Below, piece by piece: positions 1 to 8,210 of a stretch of 32,000 nt of DNA. The notes beneath the pieces were generated by a model that was given only the letters and a program-made list of their open reading frames with translations, did not search any database and was not told where the DNA came from. Within the stretch, counting starts at the first letter, position 1. Each line of letters starts with the position of its first letter. Made by a program: the position numbers and the translations under genes. The stretch comes from Pyrodictium occultum (GTDB lineage: Archaea; Thermoproteota; Thermoprotei_A; Sulfolobales; Pyrodictiaceae): positions 1,230,001 to 1,262,000 of the forward strand of contig NZ_LNTB01000001.1 in NCBI RefSeq assembly GCF_001462395.1, written 5' to 3'.

Positions 1-9
1 GCCGCCGCT

Positions 10-1305
10 ATGGCTAGGGTCTACTTCGAGACCTATGGCTGCGCGCTCAATCACGCCGACACCGCTATAATGAAGAGTGCGCTGGCCCGTAGGGGCTACG
101 AGATAGTGGATAGCCTCGAGGACGCAGACGTGATAGTAGTGAATACCTGCACGGTGAGGCTGGACACCGAGGAGAAGATGAGGAGGAGGATAAGGGAGCT
201 GTACAAGCTTGCCCGGAGCCGGTCTGCAGCCCTAGTTGTGGCAGGCTGCATGGCCACCGCCCAGCCCTACACCGTGAAGCGGATTGCGCCAGAGGCGCTG
301 CTCGTAGCAACCTATAATGTGCACCGTGTGCACGAGGCGCTGGAGCAGGGCCGGGACCTTCTCGGCGAGCCTCCTAGGCCTAAGACCCTCTACACCCCGG
401 AGCCGGGGCTGATGCAAAGAGGTAGGGTGGCGGAGGTCCCGATAGCCGACGGCTGCCTCAACGACTGCAGCTTCTGCATAACCAAGCTTGCCCGCCGCAG
501 GGTCTACAGCCGCCCGATGGAGAAGGTTGTCGACCTCGTAAGGGCTCTTGCCCGCCGGGGCGTGGTGGAGATCAGGATAACTGGCCAGGATGTGGCGGTA
601 TACGGTGTAGACATCTACGGGAAGAGGATGCTCCCGGAGCTGCTCCAGCGCCTAGCAGAGCTGCCGGGTAGCTTCATGATACGCGTCGGCATGATGAGCC
701 CCGACCAGCTTATGCCCATACTCGACGAGTTCATAGAGGCGCTGAAGGCGCCTAGGTTCTTCAAGTTCATCCACCTCCCGGTCCAGAGCGGTGACGACAG
801 GGTGCTCAGGATAATGAAGCGCCGCTACACGGTGGACGAGTACCGCTCAATGGTGAGGGAGATAAGGAGCAAGATACCCGGCGTAATGGTGGCCACCGAC
901 ATAATAGTGGGACACCCCGGCGAGGACGAGGAGGCCTTCGGCAACACTGTGAGGCTCGTCGAGGAGCTAAGGTTCGAGAGAGTGCACCTAGCCCAGTACA
1001 CGCCCCGGCCCCGCACAGTGGCAGCGGGGCTGCCCCAGGTCCCGGACCCGGTGAAGAAGAGCCGCTCTAAGAGGCTCATGGCGGTGGTGGAGAGGATAGG
1101 GCTCGAGGAGCACCGGAAGTACATCGGCTCCCGGGCCCGCGCGCTCGTGGTCTCACGGGGCGAACGCGGAGGCCTGGACGCGAAGCTCTACAACTACACT
1201 CCGGTGATACTCCCCGAGGGCTCTGCGGAGCCTGGTGAGTGGAGGTGCATTGAAGTAACCGACGCCACCTGGTATGATCTCCGGGGACGCGTTCTTGACT
1301 GCTAG
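10..1305 (+). CDS. Radical-SAM methylthiotransferase, archaeal MiaB-like/MtaB (CDKAL1-type) tRNA-modifying enzyme
   Basis: 431-aa ORF. N-terminal MTTase-type region (YFETYGCALNHAD), radical-SAM triad CLNDCSFC (CxxxCxxC), C-terminal TRAM-like segment. Motif recognition only. Confidence 0.88.
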   Translation: MARVYFETYGCALNHADTAIMKSALARRGYEIVDSLEDADVIVVNTCTVRLDTEEKMRRRIRELYKLARSRSAALVVAGCMATAQPYTVKRIAPEALLVATYNVHRVHEALEQGRDLLGEPPRPKTLYTPEPGLMQRGRVAEVPIADGCLNDCSFCITKLARRRVYSRPMEKVVDLVRALARRGVVEIRITGQDVAVYGVDIYGKRMLPELLQRLAELPGSFMIRVGMMSPDQLMPILDEFIEALKAPRFFKFIHLPVQSGDDRVLRIMKRRYTVDEYRSMVREIRSKIPGVMVATDIIVGHPGEDEEAFGNTVRLVEELRFERVHLAQYTPRPRTVAAGLPQVPDPVKKSRSKRLMAVVERIGLEEHRKYIGSRARALVVSRGERGGLDAKLYNYTPVILPEGSAEPGEWRCIEVTDATWYDLRGRVLDC

Positions 1306-2044
1306 CCCGGCTAAGCGTGCCGCCGCGGAGAGGGCGGTCGAGCTACTTCGGCCAAGGCTCCTCGAGGCGGAGAGAGTGGGAGTCGGCACCGGCTCCACCG
1401 TGGCGGCGGTGGTGGAGGCGCTGCTACGCGACCCCGAGCTGTCCAGGGCGCTTAGAGGGGCTAGGGTCTACGCCTCAAGCCTCTCAACCCTCCTCCTGCT
1501 GCGCAGCCATGGAGTGGAGGCCTACACCCAGGTGCCGGGCAGGGGCCTGGACCTCTACTTCGACGGAGCCGACGAGGCAGCCCCGGTCGGCGGCGAGTGC
1601 ATGCTGGTGAAGGGCAGGGGCGCGGCGATGCTGCGGGAGAAGATAATGGCCTACAACAGCAGGTACACCGTGATAGTGGTGGACGAGTCTAAGCTCTCCA
1701 GCCGGCTCGGAGAGCTGGGGAAGCCCGTCCCCGTGGAGGTGCTGGAGCCCGCCCTCCAGCCGGTCATCGAGGAGCTTAGGGCCCGTGGGGTGAGAGCCGA
1801 ACCCCGGCTCGGCTGCGGCTGCCGTGACGGCCCCGCTCTCACGGATAACTGTGGCGTGGTGGTGGATACCTGGCCCTGGGGGGTCATAGAGCCCATGGAG
1901 TACTCCAGCCTCCTCGATAGGATTCCTGGCGTGATGGGCCACGGCTTGTTCATAGGCTATGCCGATGCCCTCGTAGTGGGCAGGGGTGACGGCGGCTCAG
2001 AGGTCTATGAGTGCAGAAGGCGCTGGAGGAACCCGACGCTTTGA
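1274..2044 (+). CDS. rpiA: Ribose-5-phosphate isomerase A
   Basis: 256-aa ORF with RpiA hallmarks GVGTGSTV, YFDGADE and KGRGAAMLREK. Overlaps the upstream gene by 32 nt, so the start is uncertain (an in-frame TTG lies near 1295). Confidence 0.88.
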   Translation: MISGDAFLTASPAKRAAAERAVELLRPRLLEAERVGVGTGSTVAAVVEALLRDPELSRALRGARVYASSLSTLLLLRSHGVEAYTQVPGRGLDLYFDGADEAAPVGGECMLVKGRGAAMLREKIMAYNSRYTVIVVDESKLSSRLGELGKPVPVEVLEPALQPVIEELRARGVRAEPRLGCGCRDGPALTDNCGVVVDTWPWGVIEPMEYSSLLDRIPGVMGHGLFIGYADALVVGRGDGGSEVYECRRRWRNPTL

Positions 2045-2058
2045 CTACCCCCAGGCTC

Positions 2059-2448
2059 ATGGAGCTCCGGCGCCGGATAGCTAGGAGGAGCGAGGAGGCC
2101 CGGGGCCAGGAGGCCGCGGCAGCGGGGGAGATGAGGGCGGTACGTATAGCCCGTAGCCCCGTGGAACTCTGGATAGTTATGGGGAGGGAGTCCGACTATA
2201 TAGCAATACCAGGCACGTACTGTAGCTGCCCCCACTTCACCATAAGGGTCGCCGGCGGGGAGTCGAGCGAGCCCTGCTACCACCTAGTGGCAGTCGACAT
2301 AGCAAGGAGAACCGGGAGGTTCCACGACTTGTCAATGGTGCTTAGAGGCGACAAGCTGGTAGACGTGCTGCTTGAAACTATTTTCGAGGGGAGGACCCGC
2401 ACCCTGAGAAGGCTCCTCTACCAGCAGAGCCGCCAAGGGAAGCAGTAA
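2059..2448 (+). CDS. Small SWIM-type zinc-finger protein (archaeal COG5431-like)
   Basis: CxC...CxH signature in YCSCPHFTIRVAGGESSEPCYHLVAV. I prefer the ATG at 2059 (after the rpiA stop) to the track's GTG at 2011, which overlaps rpiA. Confidence 0.7.
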   Translation: MELRRRIARRSEEARGQEAAAAGEMRAVRIARSPVELWIVMGRESDYIAIPGTYCSCPHFTIRVAGGESSEPCYHLVAVDIARRTGRFHDLSMVLRGDKLVDVLLETIFEGRTRTLRRLLYQQSRQGKQ

Positions 2449-2527
2449 AATATAGCCTGGGCGGCAGGGCCCATAACCCTCTCGGGCCCACGCGCGTCCA
2501 CCAGGCTCCGGAAGGGTTGATGCATCC

Positions 2528-3466
2528 TTGCAGCCAGGCCTAGCAGGGGCCTCAGAGAAGGAGATACTGGACAGGATGACCGAGCTGAGAGAGGAGATAA
2601 AGAGGCTCAAGGAGAAGCGGTACTCGCTGATAGAGGAGGTCAGGAGCCTCCGCCAGGAGAGGCGAAGCCTCATAGAAAGGGCTAGGCTGCTTCGGGACCA
2701 GCTGCGCCAGCTCCGCGAGAAGAGGAGGAAGCTCGTGGAGGAGGTCAGGAGCCTCCGCCAGCAGCGCCGTGAGCTGCTCGAGAAGCTCCGCTCCACGGTC
2801 AACGAGCTAGAGCAGCAGCGGAAGATAGCTGCAGAGCTGCGGCCCCTCGCCCGCCGGAGTATAAACGCGATACGCAGGAGGATAGAGGAGCTGGAGTGGA
2901 GGCAGCAGACCCAGGTCCTCACGCCTGAGCAGGAGAAGGAGATAGTGGACGAGATAGTCCGCCTTGAGGCGCTGCTCCAGAAGACGCTGGAGGCGCGCCA
3001 GGTTCTCCAGGAGCTGGCGGAGAAGCGGGCGGAATTGATGGGGCTCCGTCTCCAGCTCCGCAGCTACGGCGAGGAGATAAGGTCCCGGAGCGAGCGCATA
3101 TCAAGGATAGATGAGAGGATAAACGAGCTGAGGCAGGAGCTAGACAAGCTCAGTCCAAGGATAGACGAGCTGACCAAGACCATAGATGAGAAGAGCAAGG
3201 AGATAGACCGGCTCAGGGAGGAGATAAACAGCAAGGTCCAGGAGCTACGGCAGCTCAGCCAGCAGTTGAAGAACCTCTACACCGGCATGGAGAAGGAGAG
3301 GCTCCTCCAGATATACGCGGAGAGGAAGCGCCAAGTTGAGGAGAAGCTTAAACGAGGCGAGCCGTTAACACTAGAGGAGTTGAGGCTGTTGTACGCATCA
3401 CAGCTAGAGGAGCTAGAGGAAGAGGGTAATGAGGGACGCGAAGAGGATACTAGTGCTGGCGGTTGA
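2528..3466 (+). CDS. Long archaeal coiled-coil protein (COG1340-like), function unknown
   Basis: 312-aa ORF, almost entirely E/R/K/L/Q-rich heptad-like sequence with internal repeats (EEVRSLRQ.RR.L twice) and an acidic tail. TTG start at 2528; the alternative ATG at 2576 is preceded by AGGAG. Confidence 0.72.
   Translation: MQPGLAGASEKEILDRMTELREEIKRLKEKRYSLIEEVRSLRQERRSLIERARLLRDQLRQLREKRRKLVEEVRSLRQQRRELLEKLRSTVNELEQQRKIAAELRPLARRSINAIRRRIEELEWRQQTQVLTPEQEKEIVDEIVRLEALLQKTLEARQVLQELAEKRAELMGLRLQLRSYGEEIRSRSERISRIDERINELRQELDKLSPRIDELTKTIDEKSKEIDRLREEINSKVQELRQLSQQLKNLYTGMEKERLLQIYAERKRQVEEKLKRGEPLTLEELRLLYASQLEELEEEGNEGREEDTSAGG
2633..2761 (+). repeat. 24-nt perfect direct repeat inside the coiled-coil gene
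   Basis: GAGGAGGTCAGGAGCCTCCGCCAG occurs at 2633-2656 and 2738-2761, 105 nt (35 codons) apart, encoding EEVRSLRQ twice. Confidence 0.85.
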
Positions 3467-4586
3467 CCTTGACAACGATCTAGGCCGTGCAGGTATACCT
3501 ACCCCTATACTCGGCCGTGACCGGGTCCTAGATGCAGCTATACGCTTCGCTCTCTACGACCCCGAGGATTCTGACGCCAACGTGCTTTTCGCGGCGGTGA
3601 AGCTGGCCGACGAGCTACGCGGCAAGGGCTATGACGCAGCGCCTGCGGTGGTCGCCGGCAGCGAGCTGGGTGGCGCAGAGGCGAGTATGAGGGCCAGGCA
3701 GGAGCTTGAAAGGCTGATAGAGGAGTACCAGCCGGATGGCGTGGTGGTGGTCTCTGACGGCTCCGAGGACGAGCTACTCGTGCCAATGGTGTCCTCCCTG
3801 GCCCCCGTCTACGGGGTTCACCGTCTCGTCATAAAACAGCTCCGGGGAGTCGAGGAGACCTACATCCTCCTGGCCAAGTATATCAAGAAGGTGATTACCG
3901 AGCCGAGGTTCTCCCGCATGTTCCTAGGGGTGCCCGGCATAATCCTCGTGGCTTTCTCGGTGCTCGCCCTCATGCACATGCTCCGCGAGGCCCTCCTAGT
4001 AGTGCTTATGCTGGCCGGCGCAGCCATGGTTGTAAGGGGCTTCGACCTGGAGGAAAGGATAGTGAAGACACTGACGGAGACCCCGGTGGCTCTCGTATCC
4101 TACGCCATAGCAGGCATATCAGCCGCTCTAGGCATAGTCCTTGCAGTCCTTCAGTTCATCCACGCTGAGACAGTGACGCCAGGCGTGGTGGCCGACACGA
4201 TACGGGGCGCCACCGGTCTACTGGGCTTCGCGGCGAGCATCGCCATTCTCGGCCATGCTGCCTCGAAGTTTGTTTCCGGCAGCACCAGGCTGGGCCGGGA
4301 GCTTGTCTCGATAGTTACTGTTGTAGCCGTTGTAGTGCTCCTCGACACGCTGGCAGAGGCGTTGGATATGATGAACAGCTTCAGCCTCAGCTCGCTGATA
4401 CACGCGTTGATGGCCAGCAACTTCGCCGTCTACACTATAGTCTCGGTACTATTGATGGCCATAGCATGGCGCGCGGCTAGGCTGCTGGAGAGGCCTACCT
4501 ACCGAACCTCCTCTCCCTCCGCTGAAAGGAGAGAAGAGCACGGTACAGCTCAGCCTCGTCAAACGCGGGCCAGAGACGGCGAGTGA
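3429..4586 (+). CDS. DUF373-family polytopic membrane protein (COG2237-like)
   Basis: 385-aa ORF. Soluble N-domain (ILVLAVDLDNDLG...VVVVSDGSEDE) followed by several hydrophobic spans. The start overlaps the coiled-coil gene by 38 nt. Confidence 0.72.
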   Translation: MRDAKRILVLAVDLDNDLGRAGIPTPILGRDRVLDAAIRFALYDPEDSDANVLFAAVKLADELRGKGYDAAPAVVAGSELGGAEASMRARQELERLIEEYQPDGVVVVSDGSEDELLVPMVSSLAPVYGVHRLVIKQLRGVEETYILLAKYIKKVITEPRFSRMFLGVPGIILVAFSVLALMHMLREALLVVLMLAGAAMVVRGFDLEERIVKTLTETPVALVSYAIAGISAALGIVLAVLQFIHAETVTPGVVADTIRGATGLLGFAASIAILGHAASKFVSGSTRLGRELVSIVTVVAVVVLLDTLAEALDMMNSFSLSSLIHALMASNFAVYTIVSVLLMAIAWRAARLLERPTYRTSSPSAERREEHGTAQPRQTRARDGE

Positions 4587-5256
4587 AGTAGAACTCGGTG
4601 TACGCCACATGGTAGAGGAGGAAGCCGCTGAGTCTCAGCTCTCCTCCTGTCCTGATCAGCAGGTCGGGCTCGGGGAGCCAGCCGAATACCATGGCCTTGC
4701 GGAGCCCCTCCCAGGCCCCCGCCTCTCTGCAGAGCCTCCGGGCCGCCTCCTCCACCTCCCAGCGCCCGCTGTAGCAGACCGCTACCGCCAGTGTGTAGGG
4801 GGCGTTACCCTTTGTTGAGCTGTTTATCCACTCCATGCTCTCCACGAGCCAGCCTGGCAGAAGGGAGAGATCGCCACCGAAGAACACCCTCGTCCGGCCA
4901 CTCTCGACACGCTTATCCCTCGCCAGCTCCTCTACAGCCCGGCCCAGCAGGCGGTGAAGGTTCTCCAGCTCCTCCCTCGGCCTGTAGAGGCAGTTCTCCC
5001 TAGAGAGCCCGTAGAAGGTGACGTGACGGACCCCCAGGCTCCAGAGCAGGTCGAGCGTTCTCCTGGCAACCTGGTAGCCCCGTAGATGGCCGGCTACAGC
5101 TGGCAGCCCCCGCCGGCGGGCCCAGCGCCGGTTACCATCAGGTATGATGGCCACGTGGTGGGGCAGCTTATCCCTCGCCAGCCTCCTCCGCAGCAGCCTC
5201 GCCAACAGCCTCCGGTACACCGTATTGCCCACCCAGCCGAGTAGAGCCCCAGCCAC
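4495..5256 (-). CDS. uppS: cis-Prenyltransferase, undecaprenyl-diphosphate synthase family
   Basis: HVAIIPDGNRRWA motif, IRTGGE.RLSGFLLYHVAYTEFYF and C-terminal RRFG. 253 aa. Confidence 0.9.
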   Translation of the reverse strand: MAGALLGWVGNTVYRRLLARLLRRRLARDKLPHHVAIIPDGNRRWARRRGLPAVAGHLRGYQVARRTLDLLWSLGVRHVTFYGLSRENCLYRPREELENLHRLLGRAVEELARDKRVESGRTRVFFGGDLSLLPGWLVESMEWINSSTKGNAPYTLAVAVCYSGRWEVEEAARRLCREAGAWEGLRKAMVFGWLPEPDLLIRTGGELRLSGFLLYHVAYTEFYFTRRLWPAFDEAELYRALLSFQRRERRFGR

Positions 5257-5319
5257 TACCCCGCCGAGAAGTGCTAGCCTCCGGGGGATATCCTCTAGCT
5301 CTTTATGCCTACTAGGCCC

Positions 5320-5348
5320 CCGGGGCTTAAGGGGTTATAAGGCCCCGG
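5320..5348. other. Stem-loop 4 nt downstream of the CBS-gene stop, containing TTATAA
   Basis: CCGGGGCTTA (5320-5329) pairs with TAAGGCCCCGG (5338-5348) with one bulge. The loop/stem includes the palindromic TTATAA, ~80 nt upstream of the uppS start. No oligo-T tract follows. Confidence 0.3.
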
Positions 5349-5351
5349 GAG

Positions 5352-6245
5352 CTATGATACTATCCTCGCCACATAGAGGCGGGAGCGTGCCTGGTCATAG
5401 AATATCTCCGTGCCGACTACCTTCGGCAGCTTTATCACGGCATCCCTCTCGGTAACAATGCCCTGAAGCCTCCCCTCCTGGTCGACCACGGCCAAGCCGC
5501 TTATACCCATCTTCTTCATGGCCCGGAGAGCCCTCGACACATCCACGTCGGGTTCCACCGTGGCGGGGGCGCCGGTAGCGATGCTCGACGCAGGGATGTT
5601 GAACACCTCGCTATCCCTCCCCTCTCTTAGCTTCTCCAGTGTGGGCTCGAGAGCCACGTAGCCTATAATGTCCCTGGCAGTCACCATCTCCTCAACTCTG
5701 CCCTCCTCGTCCACTAGAGGCACATGCCTATACCGATGAGAGGCCATTATGCTCAGAGCCTCACGTAGCCTGGCATCCCTCCCAAGGCTCTCAGCTGGGC
5801 TAGTCATAATCTCGTGCACCGCTACATTGATGCTGGTCATAGCCATTATGCCGGTTATATGCTTCTCAGAGACAATACCGAGCACCCTCTCATCCCTATC
5901 CACGACGGTGACTGCGCCCACGTTGAGCCTCGACATTATGTAGATTACGTCCTCTATACCGTACTCCCCTAGGATGACACGGGGCGGGTTACGCCACATC
6001 AGCTCCTCTACACGCGACTCCTCGAGCCCCTTGTAGACGCTCTCTCCCTGGCCGAGCCGCCGGTCTATTAAGGATAGTATGCGGCGTATCGAGAGTATGC
6101 CCTGCAGCCTACCCTCATTGTCGACAACGACTCCATGGCGCACCCCTCTCTGGTCAAGGGCCAGGAGGGCCTCGAGCAGGCTCTGACCGGGCTCAAGCAC
6201 CACAGTGGGCGGATACTGTCCTAGGAGCACAAGCCTCCTGGGCAA
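5352..6245 (-). CDS. CBS-domain protein (four tandem CBS motifs)
   Basis: 297-aa ORF with repeated CBS-like units (GVRHGVVVDNEGRLQGILS, VGAVTVVDRDERVLGIVS, YRHVPLVDEEGRVEEMVT, ISGLAVVDQEGRLQGIVT). TTG start. Confidence 0.85.
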   Translation of the reverse strand: MPRRLVLLGQYPPTVVLEPGQSLLEALLALDQRGVRHGVVVDNEGRLQGILSIRRILSLIDRRLGQGESVYKGLEESRVEELMWRNPPRVILGEYGIEDVIYIMSRLNVGAVTVVDRDERVLGIVSEKHITGIMAMTSINVAVHEIMTSPAESLGRDARLREALSIMASHRYRHVPLVDEEGRVEEMVTARDIIGYVALEPTLEKLREGRDSEVFNIPASSIATGAPATVEPDVDVSRALRAMKKMGISGLAVVDQEGRLQGIVTERDAVIKLPKVVGTEIFYDQARSRLYVARIVS

Positions 6246-6307
6246 AGCGTGCCCCTACATGTATGAGGCGTACACCCGGCGTATAGAAAGAGTGTGGCCT
6301 CCTGGGG

Positions 6308-6775
6308 CTAGAAGGGCGGCACGGGCTGCTCCGCGCCGCAGGCGTCGCAGACGAGTATCCACGTCTTCCCCTTGCGCACCAGCCTCGTGTCGGGGGCGCC
6401 ACATGTCGGGCATATGACGTAGGTCTTTACGAATCTCTGGATCAGGTTATTGAGCGTCGCCGTAGACACTTTGGCGTTTATCACCAGCATACCGTTCTCC
6501 TCGTCATAGTTGCCGCTTGTTCCAAGCTCCTTGAGCAGGTACCTCATCAGCAGCCTGGGCTCCCGCCTCATAACGTCGGCTACCTGCTTGAAGTTCCTTA
6601 TAACGGTCTTGGTGCCCACCCTCTCAACCACGAGCCTGGGCAGCTCGAATCTAGAAGCCTTAGCAGTCTTGGCCGGCAGCCTCTCATAGAGCCTCCTCAA
6701 CAGGTATTCATAGTCGTATATCAGCTGGATCCTGCCTCCTCTAGCCTGGCCCAACTCTCCCCATCCCCACAGCAC
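6308..6775 (-). CDS. eif2b: Translation initiation factor aIF-2 beta subunit
   Basis: Central aIF2-beta core (FELPRLVVERVGTKTVIRNF, LLKELGTSG) and C-terminal zinc ribbon CPTCGAPDT...CDACGA. The N-terminal start is uncertain (GTG 6775 or TTG 6754). Confidence 0.9.
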   Translation of the reverse strand: MLWGWGELGQARGGRIQLIYDYEYLLRRLYERLPAKTAKASRFELPRLVVERVGTKTVIRNFKQVADVMRREPRLLMRYLLKELGTSGNYDEENGMLVINAKVSTATLNNLIQRFVKTYVICPTCGAPDTRLVRKGKTWILVCDACGAEQPVPPF

Positions 6776-6844
6776 CTGGTGAACCCTCGGGCAGCTAATT
6801 AATCCGTAGCCGCTTAGGGTGCAAGGTACCGGGGTAGCCTGGCT

Positions 6845-7168
6845 ATGCCGGAGGATGCCGCCGAGCCTCTAGTCTACATCAACGTGATAGAGGCCCAGGG
6901 CGAGAAGATAATAGCTATGTGCGACGAGGAGCTGCTCGGTGTAAAGCTTGTAGACGGCCGTATTGCGCTTCACGTGAGTGAGAGGTTCTACGGAGGCCAG
7001 CTGGTGCCGCTCAGCTACGCGATTACCAAGGCGCGTGAGGCCACGGTTCTAAACCTTGTGGGGGAGAACGTGGTGAACGCAGCGATAAGAGAGGGGCTCG
7101 TGCACCCGGAGGCCGTTATAAGGATAGCTGGAGTGCCTCATGCTCAAGCTGTGAGAATGCTCTACTAG
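6845..7168 (+). CDS. DUF424-family protein (COG2412-like)
   Basis: 107-aa ORF. YINVIE...KIIAMCDEELLG and the adjacency to aIF-2 beta are typical of this archaeal family. Confidence 0.68.
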   Translation: MPEDAAEPLVYINVIEAQGEKIIAMCDEELLGVKLVDGRIALHVSERFYGGQLVPLSYAITKAREATVLNLVGENVVNAAIREGLVHPEAVIRIAGVPHAQAVRMLY

Positions 7169-7508
7169 CCCTGCTCTCTCTCGGAGCAGGGTGGTACAGC
7201 AGCTTAAGAGGGTTGACGCCGTACCAGTCCCGGTAGAGGCTGTCGCGTAACACCATCTCTATGAAGATAGCCTTCTCGTGGCCCAGGCCGAGCACGTGCT
7301 CTATGTACTCGTGCATGAAGCTTTCGTCAATAAACCATTCAGCCTCCTCCTCTAGTTGGAGCCACCTCACATTTATGTATATCACGTTATCCTTGTACCA
7401 GGCTGCGCCATCGTTCTCTCTCGTGGTTATCTCGACCTCAACCAAAGGGCTCCTCCCCGGCCCCCGGCCCCCGGGGACCCGGGGCCCTAAAACATGTTTG
7501 AGAGCCAT
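7116..7508 (-). CDS. Hypothetical small protein with metzincin-like HEYIEHVLGLGH motif
   Basis: I trimmed the track ORF 7116-7760 to the internal ATG at 7506-7508 (MALKHVLG...), because the upstream part is low-complexity and overlaps the divergent gene. Gly/Pro/Arg-rich N-terminus, then a compact ~100-aa domain. No family recognised. Confidence 0.45.
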   Translation of the reverse strand: MALKHVLGPRVPGGRGPGRSPLVEVEITTRENDGAAWYKDNVIYINVRWLQLEEEAEWFIDESFMHEYIEHVLGLGHEKAIFIEMVLRDSLYRDWYGVNPLKLLYHPAPRESRASRAFSQLEHEALQLSL

Positions 7509-7548
7509 TACGCAACATTGATTGCCACGTGAGCCATTACAATTACAG

Positions 7549-7592
7549 CGGAGCACACGCTGTAGCCTCCCCCAAGGGCTAGCTCTGCTCCG
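7549..7592. other. Imperfect stem-loop in the divergent intergenic region
   Basis: CGGAGCA (7549-7555) pairs with TGCTCCG (7586-7592). The inner stem GCT..AGCC / GGCTAGC has a 2-nt bulge and a 9-nt loop. Confidence 0.3.
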
Positions 7593-7697
7593 GACGCCTG
7601 CCCGCCCCAAGCCCGGTAGCACCTGGGTAGTATTGCCCGTTGCACGCCTTACAACACTGCAGTAAAGGAGTGAAGCCGCTGGAGAGACCTCCGAGAG

Positions 7698-8060
7698 GTG
7701 GAGACGGTGGGCACGGTAAGGGCGTCCGAGGCGGCAAGAGTCGCTGGAGAGCTCGCGCACTCCTATAGCAGTCTAGCTGAGGCGGTGAAGGAGGCAGCCG
7801 CCGCCATGGGCAGTGTGAGCCGGTTGCTGGAACACGAGCACATAGGGAGGCTTGACCGGATACGCGTCCTGGCGGCCCTAGCGGGCGCGCCCTCCATACT
7901 GGTAGCGCTGGCTACGGGAGCCCCACCCTACATAGTCGCCTACCGGGTGGCGGGCATGGCGCTCAACCTAGCGCGGGCCGGCAGGAGGACTAAAATAGTT
8001 CTGGAGGAGTACCTACTGTTTAGCAGGATGCCCGAGGAGCTGGCGGCTCTAGCTCTCTAG
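7698..8060 (+). CDS. Hypothetical protein with a possible membrane segment
   Basis: 120-aa ORF with GTG start, GC3-rich codons and the hydrophobic stretch VLAALAGAPSILVALATGAPPYIVAY. No recognisable motif. Confidence 0.4.
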   Translation: METVGTVRASEAARVAGELAHSYSSLAEAVKEAAAAMGSVSRLLEHEHIGRLDRIRVLAALAGAPSILVALATGAPPYIVAYRVAGMALNLARAGRRTKIVLEEYLLFSRMPEELAALAL

Positions 8061-8210
8061 ACCCCTAGGCTAGCAGCATCTATATGATGCGGAGCCATAG
8101 TCCAATCTTACCCCTAACCCGGGTAGAAGGGCTGGCTGCCGTGACCAGCCCCTCCCCAGAAGGGGGCTCTACATGCAGTCGTGTAGCCCTCAGCTCTAGG
8201 GGGAGGATCG

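Noticed and set aside
6728-6740. AGGAGG followed after 4 nt by in-frame ATC in aIF-2 beta, paralleling the non-canonical start proposed for the phosphohexomutase
   Set aside because: Canonical in-frame GTG (6775) and TTG (6754) starts exist upstream, so a non-canonical start is not required. The spacer is also short. I kept the conventional call with an uncertain N-terminus.
7454-7487. Low-complexity CCCCGG/GGGGCC tract (potential G-quadruplex or repeat)
   Set aside because: It lies within the coding frame for the Gly/Pro/Arg-rich N-terminus of the 7116-7508 ORF. The runs are too irregular for a four-run G4 on one strand.
7545-7556. 12-mer ACAGCGGAGCAC plus nearby CCATTACA, shared between 7534-7556 and 13580-13598 (just after the surE stop)
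   Set aside because: Exact 12-mer coincidences are expected by chance many times in 32 kb counted on both strands. The two sub-motifs are in swapped order at the two loci, so this is not a clean repeat copy. It would only be worth revisiting if a genome-wide count shows enrichment.
8061-8210. Candidate C/D-box sRNA (ATGATGC) and three short hairpins upstream of the PAC2 gene
   Set aside because: There is no exact RUGAUGA C box, no CUGA D box at an appropriate distance and no terminal stem. The hairpins have only 4-6 bp stems.
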